This document shows positions 18,797 to 29,188 of a stretch of DNA of 64,000 bases, in pieces. The notes below the pieces were generated by a model. The model worked only from the letters and a program-made list of their open reading frames with translations, had not been told where the DNA came from and ran no database searches. The DNA is from Rickettsiales bacterium. GTDB lineage: Bacteria; Pseudomonadota; Alphaproteobacteria; Rickettsiales; UBA998. The stretch covers positions 450,393-514,392 of the forward strand of contig JANQNR010000004.1 of assembly GCA_028279475.1 (NCBI GenBank). Direction: 5' to 3'. Position 1 is the first letter of the stretch. Each line of letters opens with the position of its first letter. The position numbers were made by a program, and so were the translations under genes.

Positions 18797-20149
18797 ATGC
18801 GTTTAATGATTGTCGGTAACCTGGAAGGACAGCTCGGCGCGGCGACGGCGATTGCGTCTGCACGTGGTGCGACGGTCACCCATTATGGCCAAACCGAACA
18901 GGCGGTGCGCGCCTTGTGTGATGGTAAGGGTGCGGATCTGGTGATGATCGCTGTACAGGAAGATATTGCCGCCTTCATTCACGATATTCGTGCAGAACGC
19001 ATATCTGTGCCGATCGTTGCCTGCGGTATCTCCAGCAACAAGGAAGCAGCAGTGCGCGCCATTCAGGCCGGTGCCCGTGAATATATTCCACTGCCTCCGG
19101 ATGAGGAATTGATTGCAGCCGTACTGGAAACGATCGCTCAGGATACTCGCAGCGTGCTCTACCAGTCTGATGTCATGGCTAATATTATCGCCATGGTAGA
19201 GCAAATCGCCACCTCTGATGCTTCCGTCCTGATTACTGGGGAGTCCGGCACCGGGAAAGAAGTGATTGCACGTCATATCCATGAGCAAAGCACCCGCAAA
19301 GACAAGCCCTTCATTTCCGTTAACTGCGCTGCTATCCCAGAAAACCTGCTGGAGTCAGAACTGTTCGGCCATGAAAAAGGCGCATTCACTGGCGCATTGA
19401 ATCGTCGAGTCGGTAAGTTTGAAGAAGCCAATAAGGGGACGTTACTCCTTGATGAAATCAGTGAAATGGATTTGAAATTGCAGGCTAAATTGCTGCGCGC
19501 CATCCAGGAACGCGAGTTCGACCGCGTCGGCAGCAACAAACCCATCCGTGTGGATATCCGTATTCTGGCGACCAGTAACCGCAACCTGCCGGAAAGTATC
19601 CGTGAGGGTCATTTTCGCGAAGACCTCTATTACCGGCTGAACGTCATTAATGTGGATTTGCCCCCCCTACGGGAACGTAGCGGCGATGTGATCTTACTAG
19701 CGCAACATTTCATTGAGAAATACTCCAAAGCCAATGGCCTCCCTTCCCGGCCATTGACCAAGGAAGCAGAAGAAAAACTATCGGCCTATCATTGGCCGGG
19801 CAATGTGCGGGAGTTGGAAAACACCATGCACCGGGCGATTCTAATGGCGCAAGGGACTGAGATTGACGAGCAGGCGATATTACTGCCTCAAGGAGAACAG
19901 GATACATATTCTCCAGAACCGACTACTCCCGCCCCCACTATAGCCGCCCCTCCCCCTGCCCCAAGTGACGGGGAAAGCATCACCGGGCTGGTTGGACGTA
20001 CCGTCGCGGATGTCGAAAAGGATTTAATCCTGACCACGCTGGATCATTGCTTAGGCAATCGCACCCATGCCGCCAATATCCTCGGCATCTCCATTCGCAC
20101 CCTTCGCAACAAATTGCGCCAGTATGGCGCAGCGGATGATGTGGCATGA
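18797..20149 (+). CDS. flbD: sigma-54-dependent transcriptional activator, FlbD-like
   Basis: It has a receiver-like N-domain and an AAA+ sigma-54 interaction domain (GESGTGKE, GAFTGA, ESELFGHEKGAFTGA). A C-terminal Fis-type HTH (AANILGISIRTLRNKL) follows. The gene lies inside the flagellar cluster. Confidence 0.88.
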   Translation: MRLMIVGNLEGQLGAATAIASARGATVTHYGQTEQAVRALCDGKGADLVMIAVQEDIAAFIHDIRAERISVPIVACGISSNKEAAVRAIQAGAREYIPLPPDEELIAAVLETIAQDTRSVLYQSDVMANIIAMVEQIATSDASVLITGESGTGKEVIARHIHEQSTRKDKPFISVNCAAIPENLLESELFGHEKGAFTGALNRRVGKFEEANKGTLLLDEISEMDLKLQAKLLRAIQEREFDRVGSNKPIRVDIRILATSNRNLPESIREGHFREDLYYRLNVINVDLPPLRERSGDVILLAQHFIEKYSKANGLPSRPLTKEAEEKLSAYHWPGNVRELENTMHRAILMAQGTEIDEQAILLPQGEQDTYSPEPTTPAPTIAAPPPAPSDGESITGLVGRTVADVEKDLILTTLDHCLGNRTHAANILGISIRTLRNKLRQYGAADDVA

Positions 20150-22329
20150 ACGAGCGCGCCCAGGTTCCCATGCTCAGCGGCATGAATGTTGCCAAAGCAC
20201 AAGGCATGGCCAAATCGGCGCTGGGACGCACCGACATCTTCTTCGCGCTGGGGATTGTCGGCATTCTGGTTGTCTTGCTGATTCCGGTACCGCCGGTACT
20301 ACTGGACTTCCTACTCGGCATTTCCATCACCTTGTCGGTGCTGATTCTCATGACGGTGCTGTTTGTCGAAAAACCGCTGGGTCTTAGTTCATTCCCCACC
20401 ATTCTCCTGATCGCCACCATGATGCGGCTGTCACTCAACATCGCCTCCACCCGGCTGATTCTGGGAGAAGGCCATACCGGTACGGACGCCGCCGGTCAGG
20501 TGATTCAGGCCTTCGGTAATTTTGTAATGAGCGGGCAACTGGCCATCGGGATTATCATCTTTGCTATCCTGACGATTATTAATTTTATCGTAATTACCAA
20601 AGGTTCCGGCCGTATCGCGGAAGTCTCCGCCCGCTTCAGCCTGGATGCCATGCCTGGGAAACAAATGGCCATTGACGCTGACCTCTCCGCTGGGCTGATT
20701 GAGGAAGCGGAAGCCAAAGCGCGGCGTAAAGAGCTAGAAGATGAAAGCACATTCTACGGCGCCATGGACGGTGCATCAAAATTCGTGCGCGGAGATGCGA
20801 TTGCCGGATTACTGATTACATTTATCAACTTCCTTGGTGGTATTGCAATTGGCTCGATTACCCATGACCTGACTCTGGGCGGCGCGATGCAGACCTATAC
20901 TATCCTGACGATTGGGGATGGACTGGTTTCACAGATTCCAGCCCTGATTGTCTCCACCGCCGCCGGTATGCTGGTGACCAAAGCCGGTGTGGTTGGATCA
21001 TCCGAAAAAGCCGTCCTCGGACAGCTCAATGAATTCCCGTCGGCCATCGGCCTGACTGCCTTTCTCGCATTCATTTTAGCGTTCATGCCCGGTATGCCGT
21101 CCACCCCATTCCTGGTGCTGGCCTCCGTGCTTGGCTTCGTCGTCTATATTCAGCTACGAGGACGCAAGGAAGTCGCACAAGCAGGAGGAGCAGACGGCAC
21201 TGGGCTAGCGCGCAGTGGTGGTGCAGGCGCTCCATCTATCCTCACCGGTGCAGACGGCCAGCAGGCAGCTGATGGTGCGCAAGCACCGGTCGCCGAGGAT
21301 GACATTACACAGATCCTCCAGATTGACAGCTTGCGACTGGAGCTTGGCTATGGGCTGCTACCACTTATCAACTACCAGAAAGGGCATCGTCTGACCGAGC
21401 AAATCAAGGCACTGCGTAAACAAATTGGCCGCGAGTTGGGCTTTGTCATGCCGCCGGTGCGGATTCAGGATAACATGCAGTTACCAGCCAATACCTATGT
21501 GGTGAAGGTCAAGGAAATGGAAACGGCCAAAGGGGATATTCGTCCAGATATGTTGCTGGTGATGGATCCCAGCGGCAATAAAATCAGCTTGCCCGGTGAA
21601 GAAACCATCGAACCAACCTTCGGCCTGCCGGCCATGTGGATTACTGATCAACATCGAGAAGAAGCGTTGTTCCGTAATTTAACGGTAGTTGATCCCCCCA
21701 CCGTGATTACCACACACCTGACGGAAGTGGTAAAGGAAAACCTGCCGGAACTGCTCTCTTACGCAGAAACGCAAAAACTGCTGGACGATCTGGGGAGAGA
21801 CCACCAGAAATTGATCGCGGAGACTATCCCATCACAAATCAGTGTGAATGGCGTCCAGCGCATTCTGCAAAATCTGCTCTCGGAAATGATCTCCATTCGT
21901 GATCTGCCAACTATCATGGAAGCGGTGGCGGAATCGTCTATTGCGACCCAAAACATGACGCTGATTACCGAACATGTCCGCTCACGACTGGCACGGCAAA
22001 TCTGTTATGCGGTCACCAACGAGGAAGGGTTGATTCCGATCATCGCCATGTCGCCCAATTGGGAACAGGTATTTGTCGATTCCATTACGGGTGCCGGAGA
22101 GGAAAAAACTCTCACCATGGCACCCAGTAAGATTCAGGAATTCATCATGACGGTACGTACCACCTTCGATCAGTTCATCATGCAGGGTGAAAACCCGATC
22201 TTACTGACCAGCCCGACCATTCGCCCCTACGTGCGCTCCATCATTCAGCGCTTCCGACCCAGCACTGTGGTCATGTCGCAGAACGAAATTCACGCCAGAG
22301 CGCGCATTAAAACCCTGGGACAATTGTAG
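20146..22329 (+). CDS. flhA: flagellar biosynthesis protein FlhA
   Basis: 727 aa with a conserved N-terminal membrane domain (FSLDAMPGKQMAIDADL) and the cytoplasmic FlhA-C domain. Confidence 0.96.
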   Translation: MNERAQVPMLSGMNVAKAQGMAKSALGRTDIFFALGIVGILVVLLIPVPPVLLDFLLGISITLSVLILMTVLFVEKPLGLSSFPTILLIATMMRLSLNIASTRLILGEGHTGTDAAGQVIQAFGNFVMSGQLAIGIIIFAILTIINFIVITKGSGRIAEVSARFSLDAMPGKQMAIDADLSAGLIEEAEAKARRKELEDESTFYGAMDGASKFVRGDAIAGLLITFINFLGGIAIGSITHDLTLGGAMQTYTILTIGDGLVSQIPALIVSTAAGMLVTKAGVVGSSEKAVLGQLNEFPSAIGLTAFLAFILAFMPGMPSTPFLVLASVLGFVVYIQLRGRKEVAQAGGADGTGLARSGGAGAPSILTGADGQQAADGAQAPVAEDDITQILQIDSLRLELGYGLLPLINYQKGHRLTEQIKALRKQIGRELGFVMPPVRIQDNMQLPANTYVVKVKEMETAKGDIRPDMLLVMDPSGNKISLPGEETIEPTFGLPAMWITDQHREEALFRNLTVVDPPTVITTHLTEVVKENLPELLSYAETQKLLDDLGRDHQKLIAETIPSQISVNGVQRILQNLLSEMISIRDLPTIMEAVAESSIATQNMTLITEHVRSRLARQICYAVTNEEGLIPIIAMSPNWEQVFVDSITGAGEEKTLTMAPSKIQEFIMTVRTTFDQFIMQGENPILLTSPTIRPYVRSIIQRFRPSTVVMSQNEIHARARIKTLGQL

Positions 22330-22344
22330 CGGGGAGAGACGATC

Positions 22345-23412
22345 ATGAGAATGCGCACCTTCACTGCTGATGATATGCACCATGCCATGCAACTGGTCAG
22401 GGACACACTGGGCGAGGAAGCCGTCATTATTTCTTCCAAAAAACACACTCCCGGAGGGGTTCAGGTGACCGCCGCGTTTGACGATGCAAAGGAAGAAATT
22501 GAGGATAAGGAACATGATGCCTGGTTCGCCGCCCTCAATATTGCAACCGCCGCCGCTACCGCCCATACATCTGCTTCAAAAATGTCATCACGTACTGCGT
22601 TGCAACCTGTACCGGAGCGTGTATCCCATCGCATTGAAAATATCCTGTATCATCATGGCGTGAATGATGCATTACTGGAGCATTTGCTTAACCGCCTTTC
22701 CATCATGACCGATGCTGATATTCAGCCCTACCAGCATTATCAGGACCCGGTACAACGCTGGCTTACCGGATTAATGGCACAGACCTTCGACATCGTTCCA
22801 TTGGAATTACGCCATGACAGTTGCCGCCATATTCTGATTGGTCCACCCGGTGCCGGAAAAACGCTGACTACGGCAAAAATTGCCGCCTATTGCGTAAAAT
22901 ACAACCAAGCCGTCCATGTTATCACTACGGACAACAAACGCGCCGGTGGCGTAGAACAGCTGGCGGCGATTACCGACATTCTCGGCATCGAATTGCTGGT
23001 GGCGGAAAGTCGGCAATCACTTAAAGCCATTCTCTCTGACATTCCACTTGCCGAAACGGTGATTGTCGATAGCGCGGGTGCTAACCCGTATGATTTTTAT
23101 GAGCTCAAACACCTGGCAGAATATGCCGGACTGATCGAACTGGATCCTGTCATGGTCTATCCCGCCGGTAGTGACCCTTATGAAGCTGATGAAGTGGCAC
23201 GTGCCTTCTCGTTTATTGGGGTGGAAAAGATGATTATCACCCGTACCGATACTGCTCGTCGCTTTGGCAGCATCTTTAATGCCGCCTATGCCGCAGGGCT
23301 GAAATTCGCCAATATGACCGGCAGCGAGAAAATTTTGGGGACATTTGACACATGCACGCCGGAAACATTGACGCAGTTATTGATGGATTACCAGCCGGAG
23401 GCTAGCTCTTAA
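22345..23412 (+). CDS. flhF: flagellar biosynthesis GTPase FlhF (SRP-type)
   Basis: N-terminus MRMRTFTADDMHHAMQLVRDTLGEEAVIISSKK (FlhF B-domain pattern), P-loop GPPGAGKT, DSAG, and position after flhA. Confidence 0.85.
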   Translation: MRMRTFTADDMHHAMQLVRDTLGEEAVIISSKKHTPGGVQVTAAFDDAKEEIEDKEHDAWFAALNIATAAATAHTSASKMSSRTALQPVPERVSHRIENILYHHGVNDALLEHLLNRLSIMTDADIQPYQHYQDPVQRWLTGLMAQTFDIVPLELRHDSCRHILIGPPGAGKTLTTAKIAAYCVKYNQAVHVITTDNKRAGGVEQLAAITDILGIELLVAESRQSLKAILSDIPLAETVIVDSAGANPYDFYELKHLAEYAGLIELDPVMVYPAGSDPYEADEVARAFSFIGVEKMIITRTDTARRFGSIFNAAYAAGLKFANMTGSEKILGTFDTCTPETLTQLLMDYQPEASS

Positions 23413-23437
23413 CCATGAAACATGAAGGAACCGCACG

Positions 23438-24202
23438 ATGAATCAGGTAGATCTCGGCACAACGAATAATATTATTGCCATTGCATCCGGCAAGGGAGGC
23501 GTCGGCAAAACGTGGCTGGCAATCACCCTGTCACAGCTGTTTGCCCGTTCGGGACGGCGCATTCTATTGTTTGACGGCGATATCGGACTGGCCAATGTCG
23601 ATGTACAACTGGGACTCACTCCAGAGAAAGATTTGAGTCAGACCTTGCGCGGGAACGTGCCACTATCGGACGTCATCACCCATTACCCGCTGGGCTTTGA
23701 TATTATCGCCGGTCGCTCCGGCTCCACCAGTCTGGCGAATCTTTCTGGTGATAAGCTGATGACTATTAAAAATCAGTTGCTCGAACTGTCCCACCATTAT
23801 GACTACATCATCATCGATCTGGGCGCGGGCATCGAACAATATGCCCAGTTCATGGCTTCGTTAGCTTCGCGCTGTATTGTAGTAGTAACAGACGAGCCGA
23901 CCTCACTGACAGATGCGTACGCCTTCGTCAAACTCTGCACGACTAAACTACATAAGGCAGAAATTACCATCGTCGTGAATCAGGCCACGACGCAAAAAGA
24001 TGGAGAGCGCACTTATGAAGCACTTGATAAGGCGTGTTCAAGCTTTCTCAATGTCTCCCCTCCTCTGCTGGGCATTGTACGAAAAGACAATAAAGTGCGT
24101 GAAGCCATCCGCTCTCAGGCACCGATTGTAGAAAAATATCCACATACGACAGCCACGACTGACGTTGCAGCGATTTCCATCAAGCTGCTACAAAAAATCT
24201 AA
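23438..24202 (+). CDS. flhG: MinD/ParA-family ATPase FlhG (FleN)
   Basis: Deviant Walker A SGKGGVGKT, and position directly after flhF. Confidence 0.85.
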   Translation: MNQVDLGTTNNIIAIASGKGGVGKTWLAITLSQLFARSGRRILLFDGDIGLANVDVQLGLTPEKDLSQTLRGNVPLSDVITHYPLGFDIIAGRSGSTSLANLSGDKLMTIKNQLLELSHHYDYIIIDLGAGIEQYAQFMASLASRCIVVVTDEPTSLTDAYAFVKLCTTKLHKAEITIVVNQATTQKDGERTYEALDKACSSFLNVSPPLLGIVRKDNKVREAIRSQAPIVEKYPHTTATTDVAAISIKLLQKI

Positions 24203-24205
24203 ACG

Positions 24206-26176
24206 ATGGAAGGATTCGGGCATATCGGCGGACTGGCGACCATTGTCGCTACCAGCGGTATCAGCCCCACCAAAACCGTTACTGATGCCCAGAATAATAC
24301 CGCGCTGATTCAAGCGATGGCTAATAATGGCGTGATCCGCGGCGAGGTAAAGAGCCGGGGCATCAATAACACGGTAACAATTCGTACGGATCAGGGGTCC
24401 ATCACCATCCAAACGGACGTGTTCTTAAAACGCGGGGCAGAAGTTGCCTTAAAGATCGAACAACGCGCTGCTGAAGCCTTTATCCGCATCGTTAGTGTCG
24501 ATGGCCAATCATTAGGAAAATACCTAGAGTCTCTCTCGGGACAGGCGTCGCATGCAGCACAAGATAAAATTTCCACCAGTTCCAACCTGATTCGCCCAGA
24601 CAGTAGTGCTGCAACCTCAACTACCTCATCACTACCTACTAGCAGTCAAATGCCGTCATCTTCGCCCGTTGACGCCCTGATTCGAGGTGTTTTTCTCTCG
24701 CAACCGTCCTTTTCCTCAGCCCAGCGCGAGCTATTACCGCCCCCCATGCAGCAAACAATCAACCAGGCATCCACTGGCACGTCACTGCAAATACGTGTAC
24801 TGAACATCCTGGCGCCTAACCCCAATGGACAGGGTTTTATTCCCCTTTCAGCCAATGCTCCTCTGACGCCAGGTGCACTTCCTTCCATGCCAACCGCTTC
24901 CACCCCTGCCGGAGATATTGCGACTCCTGCTAACTACTTAAGTGCGCAACAACGCCTTCAGGCGGCACCACAAATTCAGGCAGCGCTACAAAACCAGCAA
25001 GCGTCACAAACAACGATGGCCACACTCAGTGCAATCGATACGCCGTCTCCATCCTCATCGTCTGGCAACACGGCGACTACAGGAACACCGGTATCAACGA
25101 CTACGCCGACTGGACAACCTGCTCCATCGGCTAGCACTAGCCAAATGGCGCAGCCTGCGCCAACCGGCACACCCTCGCCGATTCCTCCTACTATCTCACC
25201 AACACCAGTCACAGCGCCCCCGGTAGCCGCGCCTCCTGATACATTAGCAACACCGATCCCTGCATCTAACACGACGTCTTCGCTCCCGCCACCGCCCTCT
25301 CCTACCGCCTTTAGTGCGGTTGTATTGGAAAGCGGCCATGGGCGAGAACTCACCCTGCAAAGTGATTTCGGAACCTTTAAAATTTTTGTGACGACACGTT
25401 TGCCGAAAGGCTCCGTCATCCATTTTGAGTTTCAACATGCAGCGCAGGTGCGTGGCGGCACAGGAGAAACGGCACCTTCGCATACCACTACTCTTCAAAG
25501 TTTTGATGCGATAAAAACCCTGGAGTCACACTACCACTCGGCGCCTCCTATACCTCAGGGAAATACTACTGTGCTTCCGGCGCTTGTGCCACGCCCCGGA
25601 CCACTGCTCAGCACCGAATTACTCTTTCTGATGACTGCGTTACAGGGCAGCGGGAGTCTCCGCCAGTGGCTGGGACAAGACACGCTAAACCGGCTTGAAT
25701 CGCAACAGGGCAGTGATTTCATGCAACGGCTGGCAGGAGAGTTTGCCTCACTGAGAACCATTCCAGCCGATTCCAGAGATGGGCAATGGCATCAATTCAT
25801 GGTTCCTCTGCATGCCGAAGGACGCATCCACCCGATTGAATTTTACTATAAACGACAGCGTCAACGGCTTGAACAAGACATCCAGGATACGGATCATTTC
25901 ATGGTCGATCTGGAATTGACTCGCATGGGACGTATGCAACTGGATGGTTTAGTACAACGGCAGGCAACTGCCTTCCAATTTGACCTGATTATCCGTACCG
26001 CAAAGGAATGGGACATCAGCATTCAAGACGATATTCGTAATATTTACCTGCGCGCACAGGACATATCCGGCTTTCAGGGATCCATGCATTTTCGCCATGG
26101 TGCCGATTCCCTACTGACAATCCCGGTTGACAACACGGGAAAGCAGACTACTAATACGCAGTCCATCATTGTTTAA
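24206..26176 (+). CDS. putative flagellar hook-length control protein (FliK-like) with a long Pro/Ser/Thr-rich spacer
   Basis: Assigned by position after flhFG, a roughly 240-aa low-complexity P/S/T/A/Q centre, and a C-terminal segment. That segment (HFMVDLELTRMGRMQLDGLVQRQATAFQFDLIIRT) resembles the FliK C-domain pattern from memory. No search was run. Confidence 0.45.
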   Translation: MEGFGHIGGLATIVATSGISPTKTVTDAQNNTALIQAMANNGVIRGEVKSRGINNTVTIRTDQGSITIQTDVFLKRGAEVALKIEQRAAEAFIRIVSVDGQSLGKYLESLSGQASHAAQDKISTSSNLIRPDSSAATSTTSSLPTSSQMPSSSPVDALIRGVFLSQPSFSSAQRELLPPPMQQTINQASTGTSLQIRVLNILAPNPNGQGFIPLSANAPLTPGALPSMPTASTPAGDIATPANYLSAQQRLQAAPQIQAALQNQQASQTTMATLSAIDTPSPSSSSGNTATTGTPVSTTTPTGQPAPSASTSQMAQPAPTGTPSPIPPTISPTPVTAPPVAAPPDTLATPIPASNTTSSLPPPPSPTAFSAVVLESGHGRELTLQSDFGTFKIFVTTRLPKGSVIHFEFQHAAQVRGGTGETAPSHTTTLQSFDAIKTLESHYHSAPPIPQGNTTVLPALVPRPGPLLSTELLFLMTALQGSGSLRQWLGQDTLNRLESQQGSDFMQRLAGEFASLRTIPADSRDGQWHQFMVPLHAEGRIHPIEFYYKRQRQRLEQDIQDTDHFMVDLELTRMGRMQLDGLVQRQATAFQFDLIIRTAKEWDISIQDDIRNIYLRAQDISGFQGSMHFRHGADSLLTIPVDNTGKQTTNTQSIIV

Positions 26177-26185
26177 TCATCCTTC

Positions 26186-27199
26186 ATGGCACATACTTCC
26201 ACACTAACAACGACACCGCAAGCAAGCTTGGCGTCCCTGCAAACGCTGACGCAGCGCGATATGGACAAAGTCAATGGCGTCATTCTGCACGCCGTTGATG
26301 AGCAGCATGTGCCGCTGATTGCACAGATTACCCATCATATTGTGAAGTCCGGGGGTAAGCGCCTGCGCCCGACCCTGACTGTCGCCTGCGCCAGGCTGCT
26401 GGGTCATGAAGGCAACCGACATATTAATCTCGCTGCCGCCGTTGAACTGATTCACACGGCCACCCTGTTGCATGATGACGTGGTGGATGAGAGCACCTTG
26501 CGCCGTGGCATTGAGACTGCCAATACCGTCTGGAGCAATCAAGCCAGCGTGCTGGTCGGAGATTTCCTGCTCAGCCGGGCATTCCAACTGATGGTGGCCG
26601 ATGGCTCGCTTGATGTGTTAACCCTGCTGTCAAACGCCTCGGCTACCATTTCACAGGGAGAGGTCAAACAATTGATGGTTGCCGGCGATTTATCGACCAC
26701 CCGAAAGACCTATCTGGACATCATTCATGCCAAGACCGCCGCCCTATTCAGCGCTGCCTGTGAAATCGCCCCCATTATTCATAACCGTCCAGCACTACGC
26801 CAGGATTTCCGGCAATTCGGACAGTCGCTAGGCGTCGCCTTTCAACTGGTGGACGACATCCTTGATTACAGTGCTTCACAGGCAACGCTTGGTAAAACCA
26901 TCGGTGATGATTTACGTGAAGGGAAGCTGACCCTGCCGGTGATTGAAGCTCTGGCTCAGGCTAATGAACAAGAGCAGCATTTCTGGCAACGCGTCATCGG
27001 CGAAGGTGACTATCGCGAAGGTGATATTGATGAAGCCATCCAGATTCTGAAGCGGCATGGCGCGATTAACAAAGCGACGAAACTGGCACAGGACTACATC
27101 ACCGCCGCCAGAGAAGCGCTTTACCGTATCGATGGCCATCCCGACATGACCGAAGCGCTGGATCAGTGTCTGGCATTCTGCATTGAGCGCGCCGGGTAA
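26186..27199 (+). CDS. ispB: polyprenyl (octaprenyl) diphosphate synthase
   Basis: Two Asp-rich motifs, LLHDDVVDES and FQLVDDILDY, in a 337-aa protein. Confidence 0.92.
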   Translation: MAHTSTLTTTPQASLASLQTLTQRDMDKVNGVILHAVDEQHVPLIAQITHHIVKSGGKRLRPTLTVACARLLGHEGNRHINLAAAVELIHTATLLHDDVVDESTLRRGIETANTVWSNQASVLVGDFLLSRAFQLMVADGSLDVLTLLSNASATISQGEVKQLMVAGDLSTTRKTYLDIIHAKTAALFSAACEIAPIIHNRPALRQDFRQFGQSLGVAFQLVDDILDYSASQATLGKTIGDDLREGKLTLPVIEALAQANEQEQHFWQRVIGEGDYREGDIDEAIQILKRHGAINKATKLAQDYITAAREALYRIDGHPDMTEALDQCLAFCIERAG

Positions 27200-27292
27200 T
27201 GCTTCTGGAACAGAACCCCTTATTATAAAATTGATATATATTAAAATTTCTGTATAATGGGATGGGTAGATATAATTAGGGCAAGATTGATT

Positions 27293-27826
27293 ATGAATCT
27301 TTCTACTCGTCTCGGCTTCTTTTTTGTTTTCACTTTAATCTTAAGTAGTTGTAGCGGTTTAAATACTGAAACATCTACAGGTCAAAGTGTAGAGGAGGCC
27401 AAGGCAAATGCCGCAATTATTGAGCGAGCACGTAGCGTGCTTGACGACAAGGTTGTTGCGGGCCAACCCCCGCGCGACTGCGGTAATATAAAAATATATC
27501 AGGGTTTTATCATTTATCCCGATGAGGGAAATATTAAAGGCCCCGGTTACATTTATGTTACCAAAGCATATGGGAACCAGAAGCATCAGGTGCAACTGAC
27601 TAATAAAAACACTGGTGTATCTTCTTCATCAGCGCACATCAGTTTCAATGATGGCCAAGGTGATATGATCGTTGCTTTTGGACTAGAAATTCCTGAAAAG
27701 GAGGTGGCTACTAACCTAGCCACATATGCGAATCGGGGCTTTCCAACGGTCTCTCGAGAACAGTGGTTGAAATATCAACAAGCTGCCACTGAAACACTAG
27801 AAGAGGCGCTGGACTGCGTGAGGTAA
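27293..27826 (+). CDS. hypothetical lipoprotein
   Basis: From ATG at 27293: MNLSTRLGFFFVFTLILSSC has a lipobox (LSSC). I recognise no family. Confidence 0.55.
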   Translation: MNLSTRLGFFFVFTLILSSCSGLNTETSTGQSVEEAKANAAIIERARSVLDDKVVAGQPPRDCGNIKIYQGFIIYPDEGNIKGPGYIYVTKAYGNQKHQVQLTNKNTGVSSSSAHISFNDGQGDMIVAFGLEIPEKEVATNLATYANRGFPTVSREQWLKYQQAATETLEEALDCVR

Positions 27827-27860
27827 GCTAACTTCTTGTTTGTCCCTTGTCATTTATACT

Positions 27861-27888
27861 AAGCTCTGCTATGCGGAGCTTTTTTTTT
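27861..27888 (+). terminator. Rho-independent terminator
   Basis: AAGCTCTGC-tat-GCGGAGCTT stem (9 bp with one G-U pair) followed by T8, 35 nt after the lipoprotein stop. Confidence 0.75.
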
Positions 27889-27980
27889 GCGGCATTGACC
27901 TACAGCACCGATTTATCATTGTCGCCGCCGGAAAAAAATTATAATGAATGGTGCGCAATAATCATTCTTTCAGGATCGCC

Positions 27981-29153
27981 ATGACAAAACCTACTGTGAA
28001 ACCAGACAACCCCTGTTTCTCTTCCGGTCCCTGCGCCAAGCGCCCCGGGTGGACGCTAGATGCACTTTCCGATGCGGCAATTGGCCGCTCGCATCGTTCC
28101 AAAGCAGGCAAAGCCAAGCTTCAGGAAGTCATCGATCGCAGCCGCACGATCCTAGGCATTCCTGATGACTACCGCATTGGCATTGTTCCAGCATCGGATA
28201 CCGGCGCTTTCGAAATGGCTATGTGGAACCTGCTGGGTGCCCGTGGCGTGGAAATGCTCGCCTGGGAAAGCTTCGGTGAAGGCTGGGTCACCGATGCCGT
28301 GAAGCAGCTAAGGCTCGAAGATTGTGTTGCCAAAACAGCAGATTACGGCGATATTCCCGACATTGCCTCCGTAAACTGGTCACAGGATGTCTGCTTCACC
28401 TGGAATGGCACGACCTCCGGTGCCTGCGTACCCAATGCCGACTGGATTGCTCCGAATCGGGAGGGACTGGCCATCTGTGATGCCACCTCCGCCGTGTTCG
28501 CCATGAACATTCCGTTTGAAAAGCTGGATGTCGTGACCTGGTCGTGGCAGAAAGTGATGGGTGGTGAAGCGGCGCATGGGATGCTGGTATTGTCGCCCCG
28601 CGCTGTGGAACGGCTGGAAAATTATACACCTCCATGGCCGCTGCCAAAAATCTTCCGCCTGACCAAGGGCGGCAAGCTGATTGACGGCATCTTTCAGGGT
28701 GCCACCATCAATACACCTTCCATGCTCTGCGTCGAAGACGCGATTGACGGGCTGCGCTGGGCGGAATCCATCGGAGGGTTATCGGCATTGATCGCACGTG
28801 CGCAAGCTAACCTGGCTGCTGTCACACGCTGGGTGGATGCCTCGAACTGGGCAACTTTCCTAGCTGACAATTCTGGACATCGTTCTTGTACGTCGATCTG
28901 TCTAAAAATTACCGATGCATGGTTCACAAAGCTGGATACAACGCAACAGCAGGCTGTCACGAAGCAAATGGCTGCACTTCTTGAAGGTGAGAAAGTCGCC
29001 TATGATATTAATGGCTACCGGGATGCGCCTGCTGGACTGCGTCTCTGGGGTGGTGCCACAGTAGAGACATCCGATATGGAAGCAGTGCTGCCATGGCTGG
29101 ACTGGGCTTTTGCACATGTGAAATCGACCATGCAACAAAGTAACGCCGCCTGA
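27981..29153 (+). CDS. serC: phosphoserine aminotransferase (alphaproteobacterial-type SerC)
   Basis: From ATG at 27981: [24 protein letters not shown]. Size is about 390 aa and serA is adjacent. Confidence 0.88.
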   Translation: MTKPTVKPDNPCFSSGPCAKRPGWTLDALSDAAIGRSHRSKAGKAKLQEVIDRSRTILGIPDDYRIGIVPASDTGAFEMAMWNLLGARGVEMLAWESFGEGWVTDAVKQLRLEDCVAKTADYGDIPDIASVNWSQDVCFTWNGTTSGACVPNADWIAPNREGLAICDATSAVFAMNIPFEKLDVVTWSWQKVMGGEAAHGMLVLSPRAVERLENYTPPWPLPKIFRLTKGGKLIDGIFQGATINTPSMLCVEDAIDGLRWAESIGGLSALIARAQANLAAVTRWVDASNWATFLADNSGHRSCTSICLKITDAWFTKLDTTQQQAVTKQMAALLEGEKVAYDINGYRDAPAGLRLWGGATVETSDMEAVLPWLDWAFAHVKSTMQQSNAA

Positions 29154-29188
29154 CCCTTTATTGTTTTACTATCTCAAAGGAATAACAT

